Below, piece after piece: positions 1 to 9,137 of a stretch of 64,000 nt of DNA. Location: the NCBI GenBank assembly GCA_036785375.1, contig JAWMAR010000065.1, forward strand, positions 4,960,001-5,024,000, read 5' to 3'. A model generated the notes under the pieces. The model did not search any database, was not told the DNA's origin, and saw nothing but the letters and a program-made list of their open reading frames with translations. The stretch is from Leucoraja ocellata (lineage: Eukaryota). The position numbers and the translations under genes are program-made. Every line of letters begins with the position of its first letter. Position 1 is the stretch's first letter.

Positions 1-745
1 ACATTTTGGTTTATTTTACAGACAAGTAATAGGTCAACCATCAAGTAAAATTTGCAAACAACTGCATGTAGTATTGATCGGTAGAGGCCCCCAGTCAATT
101 CTTACCACCAATAGAGGAAGATGAATGTTAGTATTCAGTTTGAATCATCTTTTTGTATTTTAATTTATAGAAGGGGGAGGGATTGCGTAATTTATCTTGC
201 TAAATTTGCTCTTACAATCAGCACCATTGTTCCCACACCATATTGGAACTTCACACCCATTAAAAGCCAGTATACACATATAGGGCCAGGGTGGTAAGAT
301 ACAGTGAGCCAGTTTAAGCCACAGAAGCCTGCTAGGTCAAATCTGTGGTACCACATGGACCACATGCATGCAGTTAAACTTGAGGTTTGCCAAAACTAAA
401 AGGGCAGTAGAACAGATAGAAACATGCAAGTGAAGCAGTACATCATGCCACATTAGAACAAAAGTTACAGCTGGAAGGATCAACTTAGTGGGCTCAAAAC
501 AGAGAAAGAAATGCAACTAGGTAATTGCCAAATGAATAGGAGCTTCAGACCAACCCCACCCAACATTATTGCCAGTCACTGACAAGCATAGTATAATTAG
601 TCTTCCCTTAGCTCAACCACTGCCCTGCTGAAGATCGAAGGTTCCCTGGGTTGGAATTATCATGGTGTATTTAAACAAATTTGTAGTTTATTATTTCCTG
701 ACACTCAAGTTAATAAACTGCAGCTCCCTATAAACAATGTATGTG

Positions 746-975
746 ACACAAGGTACTGCAGATGCCAGTTTACAAAAAAAGACACAAAGTGCTGGAGTAA
801 ATCGGTAGGTCACGCAGTATCTCTGGAGAACGCGGATAGGCGTTGTTTTGGATCAGGACTGGTTTTCTGGATGGAAGTCCTCAGACAGACTTTTGACAGT
901 CTGAAGAAGGATCCTCCCATCTGAAGAAGGGTCAGCTATCCATTCTCCACTGAAGCTGCCTAAAGCACTTTGTGT
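746..975. mobile_element. Short palindromic Penelope-type interspersed element
   Basis: gacacaaagtgctggag...cagcatct/agtatctctggag left arm, ctgaagaagg cores and inverted agcactttgtgt right arm; related copies at about 2605, 3037, 20610, 24525, 35578, 57150, 60389, 61019 and 62515. Confidence 0.7.
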
Positions 976-1448
976 AAATGTATTACAAATACACACACCA
1001 AGACACAGCGCAAAGACAAAGGTCTGTGCCTGGAATCTGCCTGAATCTGCATCAGCACATTGCAGAAAGATGACCAATTTCAGAAACTTGACAAAAATGT
1101 CATGGGAATACCTATTGCACTCTGATGGTCAAATCAAAAACAAACAAATATTTCCTCAATAGCCAACTATGAAACAGGGCAAGAATAAAGTTAGAAAACT
1201 TCAGAAACTGTTAGTCATGCAGGGTTAATATTAAGCCAAGTGTCAAAAATCCTCCACAATTTCAGACCGATATGTCAACCCTACCAGTTTATTTCTTAGC
1301 AGCAAATTCCCAATGCTCTGATAATTAACTTAGCACTACGGATCCCTCTCAATTTCCTGTGGTAGAAATTATTTAATTTTTTTAAATAACAGGGGATATT
1401 CCTTATTTTCTGGGGTAATGGTTCTTTGTCAGCCAAAGGTTGACTTAC

Positions 1449-1532
1449 CAGTCCAAATCATCCTTCTGGATTTGGAAGACTACATTCTGGTAGAAGCTTT
1501 GCTCATCTTCATCATTGCCTAGTGCAAGTCTC
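1449..1532 (-). CDS. Candidate unannotated 84-nt TCF7L2 cassette exon: (R)RLALGNDEDEQSFYQNVVFQIQKDDLD(W)
   Basis: gttattag|GAGA...GACTG|gtaagt; only the phase-2 frame (that of exon 14/15 to exon 17) is open; purine-rich ESE-like content. Confidence 0.55.
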
Positions 1533-2759
1533 CTAATAACAGCATGCAAGCATTATGAGGAATTGATTGAAGAAATGTGAAACCATAGCAAAATTATTTG
1601 GGGTCAGACTGCACTGGCAACAGCCAGTGGCTCAGAATGGAACTGCCAACAGTTAGATATCCCTAGGCAAACCCGTCCTGGACTGATGTGGGTTTCTAAA
1701 TGTGACAGAAACCACAAGTGTGCCGGTCGGAGATCCCTAGTGTTTTACCTCTCCAATCCAACACCGGTCACACCTGGTGTAGGATCAGAATCCCCATCCA
1801 CATGAATGGGAATTCCAAATCTGGAGATTAACAGAAAAACAATAACATTTATTTAAAACTTTATTTTAAAGTGTTTTTATTTTTTTATTTTTTCATTGGT
1901 TTAATAATTTAGCTATTCAATGCAAAATCGATGGGTTTTTACAATATTTCTAAATAAGATTGTTTTCACTCATTTTGACAAAAGCAGCCCTGTTAAAACA
2001 GTCAGGGCTGTCAAAGAACAACTAAGGTTGGAGCCTCAGCTTCTACAACCAAGGCCGACAAGAAGTAATTCAGGCCACCTGGTACTCCACTTGCTTTCCA
2101 CAAAGTTATTTCTTGGCAGATTAAAATGATTTTAATCCTAAAGTCCACCTATAAAAACTGTCCTCTGTTTAGCAACATTTCCCAAAAGGTTGGTCTGGCA
2201 ATCAGTTGCAGGTCTTGTGTCTTGGCTTGCAGAAGCTAATATGTTGCTGGCATTCTGATTGCTCCATCTCGCCAAGTGAGGAGTTACTAATCGATCTCAT
2301 GATTTCATAGCAGGTTGGAACCATTATCTAATTACATCGTCTTTTAAACTTGATTTATTTTCCCCATAAAACTGCTTATTAGTTTCAGCTTAATTATCAG
2401 GTGTGACAGCCAACTAGCAACTATTGGCTGTGATATTTTGAAAAAGGGCAGAAGTGAATTGAAATGTTTCTGCATCTCCCTAAAACAAATGTCAAAACTA
2501 AAAACAAACTACTTCTGGTCAAGTAAACTCTTGTCTTTCCCAAGTTTTGACCCAGAGAGCGACATGCACCATCAAGAGCCTAAAGTAAATTACTGGAGGG
2601 GCTGGAAATCTGAAATGAAAACAGAAAATGCTGGAAATTTTCCACGTATCATGGGGATTTGTGGAGAGAAAAATGCAACTTAAGGTTTCAGGCACCACTC
2701 TGATGAAGAGTATTGACCTGGTATTTATCTGGTTCTCTCTCCAAAGATGCTGGCTGCAG

Positions 2760-3295
2760 AAAAGATTCATAAGTATGTTGCCGGGACTGGAGGGCTTGAG
2801 TTACAAGGAGAGACTGGATCAGTTGGGCCTGTTTTCCCTGGAGTAAACAGGGCTGAATTGAACTTAAAGGCGTATAAATGTGTGAGGGTATAGATAGGGT
2901 AAATGGCCATTCTATTTCCCAGGGTAAGGGAGTCTAAAACAAGAGGGCACAGATTTAAGATGAGAGGGAAAGATCAAAAGGGAATCCAGTGGGCGTTTTT
3001 TCCCAGTGTGTTGTGTACATGGAACAAGCTTCCAGACAACACAAGAAACTGCAGATGCTGGAATCTTGATGAAAACACAGAGTTTCTGGAGAAGCTCATT
3101 CTGGAATGGATAGACAACGGTTTGGGTTGGGTCCTCCAGCACTTTGTGTTTTGCCCAAGCTGCCAGAGGAAGTGGCAATGATAAGAAGACATTTGAACAG
3201 GGACATAGATTGGAAAGGTATGGAGACACACGGGCCAAATGTAGTTCAGGTACGCACAGACAAGTTGGGCCAAAAGGCCTCTTTCTGTGCTATAT
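2760..3295 (+). mobile_element. CR1-type LINE 3' fragment with a nested short element
   Basis: MLPGLEGLSYKERLDQLGLFSLE and ESKTRGHRFK are CR1 ORF2 C-terminal hallmarks; 3' tail gggccaaaaggcctctttctgtgctata. Confidence 0.88.
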
Positions 3296-3384
3296 AATTC
3301 CAAGACACTGAGCAAATTCAAAACCTTGCTTTCATGAGATTTGAAATTTCAATCTTTAGTATGTTGTAATTAAGTTGGCCATAA

Positions 3385-3762
3385 CCACATTGAAACTTAC
3401 AGAATAATGAAAGGTACAGATAAGAGTGGTTGTGGAAAGGACGTTTCCACTGGTGGGAGAGTCCAGGACCAGAGGTCATAGCCTCCAAATTAAAGGGCGC
3501 TCTTTTAGGAAAAAGGTGAGGAGGAACATCTTTAGTCAGAGGGTAGTTAATCTGTGAAACTCATTGCCACATAGGGCTGTGGAAGCCAAGTCAGTGGATA
3601 TTTTTAAGGCGGAGATTAACAAATTCTTGATTAGAACAGGTGTCAAGAGTTATGGGTGGGAAAGGCAGGAAAATGGGATTAGGAGGCAGAGATCAGCCAT
3701 AATTGAATGCCGCAGTAGATTCAATGGACCAAATGGCCTAATTCTACTCCTATAACTTGTGA
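3385..3762 (+). mobile_element. CR1-type LINE 3' end
   Basis: gagtccaggaccagaggtcatagcctc, AVEAKSVDIFKAEINKFL, tail ggaccaaatggcctaattctactcctat. Confidence 0.88.
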
Positions 3763-5119
3763 ATAACCAAACAAGTAGTTTATAGGGGGGGATGTGCCAT
3801 ATCATCACAAATTTAAGGAGGACCCAAATAAGAAGCACGTACAGGAATATCGATTAACTGTTGTGGAAGGGGTGGATGAGGACACTGGTGGGATGGTATA
3901 GACCTTGGCTGCATTGGTCCCACATGGTGTGCGGACCCATCAGTACTCAGTGCTTGGATTCACAGAAAAAGAAAGGCAATTTGGATGCAGCACCAAAAAA
4001 ACGACGCCTCTCTGGGAACCATAACCAGTAAGAATGACAACACTTTTATGAAAGAAAAGGAAAAACACATTTTTGCTTTTAAAAAAAAGTCAATTTAGCT
4101 GACCTAAACAAATTGGAGTACTCATCCCTATTATACTGAAAGCAAGGGACTGCATGGGAGATTTGTGACAAAATGGCGTCAGGAAACCCAAAGTGTATTT
4201 GAAATCATTATTTCATAGTTATGTATTCAACACTATTCCTATAGGCTGGCATACCATTGTACACATTCAAACTAATTTCTGGAAAAAATGTCCTTAGTCA
4301 GCAATAACTCTTGGTCAAACTACATACTGGAAATGAGACGGTGACACCTCTAATGTGGCATATAGCAATGTTTAAAACAAAAGAGAAATGCACTTAGATC
4401 ACTTGAAGAACCCCCATTCAGTTTGCCTGAATTCTGATTTATTACTTTTTTTACCATTTATATTACCAATTTGAGTAGACCATCAGAGTGACAAACATTT
4501 GGTAATTAATTTGCCAAAGAACTAACCAGTACAAAAACTCAGGAGTTCACTACAGCTAAAATGATGAAAATTATTTAAAGAATTGATGAGTCTATTACTG
4601 CTAATGTCTAATGTACAGACCCCCCCCAGTATCAATTGGCATTTGCCTGGAAGTATTCTCTGATATTCATCCATCACTTGGCAATTGTCATGCTGCATCT
4701 TGCATAATATTTGCTTTTAAATTGAGCACCATTTACTAGAAATGACACATTCAAACGAACAGACAAACAAATCAATTTACTAATCATGGAATTTAGTCAG
4801 AAGCACAATTATACTTAAATATTCATTATGCTTTAAGATCATGATTATAGAATGATGGTAGCTACGCTTTACATGCCAACAAAGACAAGAGTTAAAAAGA
4901 GACACACACATACACACACAGGTGCACAGTCTCTCCAAACCTCATTGCATCTGCAGACTTTATCCATGTATATTCAATTATTGAAAACTAAATGGGGTGA
5001 GAGAGACTGTAACACATTCTGAAGTAGGGGAAATGAAGTATGAGGAGGAGGAAAACAGATCAAGCACCATGTGTACGTGAAAAACAAAAGGTTTTAACTT
5101 TGAAGAAACAAATACCTAC

Positions 5120-5144
5120 CATGACAACATTCCCACTTCAAAGA
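5120..5144 (-). CDS. tcf7l2: TCF7L2 exon 16 (25-nt microexon TCTTTGAAGTGGGAATGTTGTCATG)
   Basis: atgcag|TCTTTGAA...CATG|gtaggt, exactly 25 nt; after exon 14 or 15 it reads (C)SL-stop, as in TCF4 S isoforms. Confidence 0.85.
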
Positions 5145-6172
5145 CTGCATGTGTCAGGACAAAGAAATAAGATTTAACCAAATGCGGTCAACAGGAAAGG
5201 TGTATATAAACAGGACAAAACATTAATTCCCTCTACCCAGTCAAGTCCTAAGAATTAGAGAATTGGCAACAGGAAAAGTTCGAGAAAATTCTAGAGTATG
5301 CAGATTAGCGTGGTGGATAAGCCTTTGACCATTTGATGCCTGAGTTTGTTTAGTTAAACCAAATTGCAAGAAAACTAAGAGAAAAAAAATTAATTGTTAC
5401 TTAAAAAGATATTCCAACAGATTTTGCACTCGCCTGAAAATGAAAGTTTCCTCTGAACGAGCTTGTAGCTGGTATGACGCCCAATTACTAAAAATAAATT
5501 GGCGATTAATACACAAAAATGTAAAGACATAGTTACTGGAGTGTACAAACACCTTTCTGCTTCTTGGAAACTTCTGCTGTACAAAGCTGCGATAATTACT
5601 CAGGTGAGGCAACTACTGTATCTCATTAAGGCAACTTTAAAAAATAAATATATTGAATGGTAGCTCTGCATGATGAAATTCTCCATTTATTTACTAGAAT
5701 GGACTCATGCACAAATAAGCAGTGCACCATGTGCACTTAGAACTGCAATGTCTCCATATTCACCCAAAAGTGGGGGTGAATTTTGTACATTCTAGATATA
5801 CATATATAACGGAACTTCTATGCACCATGGGGAGAAGGGTTAGTAGCCCCAGCAAGTTCAAGTCTCCTCATGTCCTAGGTTTTCACTGCACCAATCTCCG
5901 ACACAAGGTCACAGGCCCATCGCAACCACCATTTGGGGAGGGCCAGAAAGGGGAGGGGTGGAAGAATGAAGGTGAATAGTGCTTGCAAGGAGACAGACCA
6001 ATGCTGCTAATAAAAGGCCACAAGTAAAATAAAAAGAAAGGGAAATAAAAAGGAAAAAACAAATCTGCAAAAAGCTATAGAATATTAGCACATTAGAGCA
6101 CAGAGTCACATGAAGGCACTACAAATCCAATAAAGGGCATATTTAATTCCGGAAGGCCTAATGGGAGTATAC

Positions 6173-6245
6173 CTGCAAGGTTTGCACCATAAATTCTGTT
6201 GGTCTAGCCCGAACAATGCCCGACACTTCTTTGGAGTATTTGCAT
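6173..6245 (-). CDS. tcf7l2: TCF7L2 exon 15 (73 nt, C-clamp CRALF): [24 protein letters not shown](R)
   Basis: Acceptor aacag|AT, donor GCAG|gtatac; paralogous to exon 14; the CRARF/CRALF exon pair is diagnostic of TCF7L2. Confidence 0.96.
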
Positions 6246-6522
6246 CTGTTAGCATGAAGTAAACAAAAACAGCAAATGGAGGATACTGCTCACTGGATGT
6301 GACATCTCAGCCAGAGCTAGTGGTTTAGCTGGCCAAGTTGGCATTCTCCCCTCATCACTTGTCGAAAAGAAAATCCAAAATTCACACTGCCTAGCACCAA
6401 CAGGCGCAAGGGTTGGTATCAGCATCCAATCCTAACACTGAAACAGTGAGAGCAAGGAGGGGAAAGTGCCAATTTAAACCTGCTGAAACCAACCATAGCA
6501 AACCTGGGAAAACGATACACAC

Positions 6523-6595
6523 CTGCACGGGCCGCACCAGTTATTCTGTTGATCAAGGCCAAAGCGCGCTCGGCATTTCTTAGGAGCGCTCAGAT
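6523..6595 (-). CDS. tcf7l2: TCF7L2 exon 14 (73 nt, C-clamp CRARF): DLSAPKKCRARFGLDQQNNWCGPC(R)
   Basis: Acceptor gttcag|AT, donor GCAG|gtgtgt; peptide matches the known CRARF exon. Confidence 0.97.
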
Positions 6596-7377
6596 CTGAA
6601 CAAAATGGAAGAAAGCGAGCAGAGGAGACAGAAAAGGAAGAAGGAGAGACAAGAAAACAAAAAGGAATAAATCAATTTATCTGTTACCAGTGATCAGTAA
6701 TGCCCTCTAATTTCAAAAAAAAAGTATTAAAAAAAAAATCACAGCTGTATTTTTTTGCACCCATTTTAAAAGCACCAATATTGTGTGATAGTACAAATTT
6801 GTATTATTTTATAGTTGATTTTAATTAGAATTCACAAAAAAAGGAAAGTAAGTGGGTTGAATAAGGAACCTGCAGGTTAGCACCAGTGGAGAATGTTAGG
6901 CTTGAATCAGGCTAAAAGGTTAAAGTGATTTGCAAAAGAAGCTGAATAGCAGAGTCAATTTTACATGCATGCCATCCGAGGGCAAATGTAAAGTAGGATA
7001 ATGGGATTAGTCCAGCAGGCAAGGCTAATTACACAAGGATGCATCAGAAAACAGGTACAGCCCAAATTAATATCAATACAATAAGTACAAACTACAATAA
7101 GCTTTGAAACACTTCAAGTTACGATAGCTAATGCAATTTTTTTAATTTTTTTAAGTGTTCTATAAAATCAAGCATTAAAATGTCTAAGATGCATGCACAT
7201 TACTTTATCGGTCTGAGAAAGGCAAACCAGCCATAAAATAAAAAAATGTACACATACCATCATAATTAACAATGTTATAAAATGTTAGCAGCAGCTAGGG
7301 CTTCATGTGATTAAATGTCGCTACTCTGATATGTGAAGGGTGCCTTCTATTATGGAAGATAATTGCTGCCTACTTAC

Positions 7378-7426
7378 CATTGGTCTCCCCTGCCTGCTTT
7401 TCCCTTTTCCTCTTCTTCCTCTTGCC
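7378..7426 (-). CDS. tcf7l2: TCF7L2 exon 12 (49 nt), basic tail/NLS: GKRKKRKREKQAGETN
   Basis: Acceptor aatag|GGC, donor AATG|gtaagt; basic NLS following the HMG box. Confidence 0.96.
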
Positions 7427-7748
7427 CTATTAGGGAGAGCAAGCAAATGGGAACGGGAGGAAACACAAGCTCAGTTTGTACATTAGGCTCACAAAACCAT
7501 GCCAACCAGACTCAAAACACTACAAAAGAATAAAAACGCTCAGTTCGATCAGCATTGAGAAACAGAAACAATATGAAGGACAGCTCTGTGGCATGCACAA
7601 GGTCCTCAAGTCGGCAGGATGCCGTCAGCTTCACTCCAGTCATTATTTGTAACATTAAACTGACATGTATGAAGTTTATGCCACTGGGCCTGTGAAAAAA
7701 GGAACGGGGAAGGAGAGAGCAGTGAATGTGGTGGGGAATGGAACTTAC

Positions 7749-7856
7749 ATAGTTATCTCGTGCTGACCAGCCTGGGTAAAGTTGCATGTGAAGCTGCCGT
7801 TCCTTTCTGGCTAACTCATAGTACTTTGCTTGTTCTTCTCTGGACAAAGCGTGCCA
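7749..7856 (-). CDS. tcf7l2: TCF7L2 exon 11 (108 nt), HMG box C-terminal half: [36 protein letters not shown]
   Basis: Canonical HMG-box sequence; acceptor tctcag|TGG, donor TAT|gtaagt. Confidence 0.98.
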
Positions 7857-8551
7857 CTGAGAACAAACAGGGGACCAGGCATGGAGGGTGGTGGGGTGAG
7901 GGAGAAACAGAACACATTCATCACATTAACTACTTGTATGAATTGATCCTTGAGAAAGATTATGCATTTGTAAAACCTCAGGGTTGCATTCCACAATATA
8001 ACAGAAAGCATCAAGGTTAATCTGACTACATCTATATGTATTAATTAATATGCAGTAATTAAGATCATGAACTGGGATTCACCAGTAAAAATAAACCACA
8101 GCAAATCATATACTCTTTACTTATGTATGTGGCAAATATTTAACTGAAAATTTCCCTAGTTCGAATGTAAGGGAAAAAAACATACTCTTGTTCTGAAGCA
8201 ATTCAGAGAAATGGAAAGTGAATTTTAATTTTTTCATACGAGGAAGAGTTATTCAATAAAAAAAAGTGATGGCTAACGTGCAGGCCTTCGGAGCTGACCC
8301 AATACCGACACTGTCTTAATCCTGCTACTCCACTCTATTTAAAATGCAGGCATTCCACAGCTCATTGTTAACATACTAAATTAACACTGCATATTGGATT
8401 TTTCAATATTAGAGTATTTGCTTTCAACCTTTGCAGACATGTGATATAAACATTGTGAAGCTCAGTGTGAAACTCTAAGCTGATTGCCCTGATCAGTCAG
8501 ATGCTCTCTCTCCAGCACTCTTGTATAGTCTCATTGGTTTAAGATGCTCAC

Positions 8552-8714
8552 CCTTCGGCCAAGGATCTGATTGATTGCCGCACTCTCTTTCAGCGTGCAT
8601 TCCGCTACCACTTTTGCTCTCATTTCCTTCATGTACAACATGAATGCATTCAGAGGCTTCTTTATGTGAGGCTTTTTCTTTTCCTCTTCTTTTTTGGCAT
8701 CCTGATGATGTTTT
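8552..8714 (-). CDS. tcf7l2: TCF7L2 exon 10 (163 nt), HMG box N-terminal half: [54 protein letters not shown]
   Basis: Canonical TCF/LEF HMG-box sequence; acceptor cctcag|A, donor AGG|gtgagc. Confidence 0.98.
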
Positions 8715-8996
8715 CTGAGGGAACATGTGCAATTACCAACTACATCAGTGAGACGGCCGTGGTCCTGTCTCTTCCAAAAAACGTACTTTTTAAATTTTAA
8801 ATAATCCATTAAAATCACCAAAGCAGAATTAAAATAGCATACATTTTATAATCTACACGAAAAAGATGCACATTCTTATTAAATTCTTTTTTAAAGTTTT
8901 TTTATAATATCGGATCGATCTCCAAGCATGTATTATGTTGCAATGTAGCAGCTCGTTAAAAAAAGCACGTGCTTTACATACAATGATTAGACTTAC

Positions 8997-9137
8997 GAGT
9001 TGTTGAGAGATCCGATGTCGCTCTGGGAAGACTCTTGTTTGACCGTTTGTGTGACTATGGCCGGATGCGGTATTCCCGTTGTGTGCAAACTGTGGTGTGG
9101 TGGAACCATGTGTGGGGGGAACCTACCAGAGAGAAAA
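8997..9137 (-). CDS. tcf7l2: TCF7L2 exon 9 (141 nt with SFLSG; 126 nt from acceptor at 9122): [42 protein letters not shown](S)
   Basis: Tandem acceptors cag|TTTT (9137) and tag|GTTC (9122) 15 nt apart match the SxxSS alternative splice; donor CTC|gtaagt; SUMO consensus VKQE present. Confidence 0.96.

Noticed and set aside
3813-4012. Pro/His-rich minus-strand frame (DGSAHHVGPMQPRSIPSHQCPHPPLP) after a cccag acceptor
   Set aside because: All three frames from that acceptor stop early and there is no convincing donor
1-5100. TCF7L2 terminal exon 17 (RKKKCVRYIQGEG...)
   Set aside because: No matching sequence found; it must lie left of the window
6688-6706. Possible 19-nt microexon ag|AGGGCATTACTGATCACTG|gtaaca
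   Set aside because: Frameshifting, weak donor and no known counterpart
8493-8732. 79-aa ORF overlapping exon 10 in another frame
   Set aside because: By-product of the HMG-box exon; it begins and ends in intron sequence
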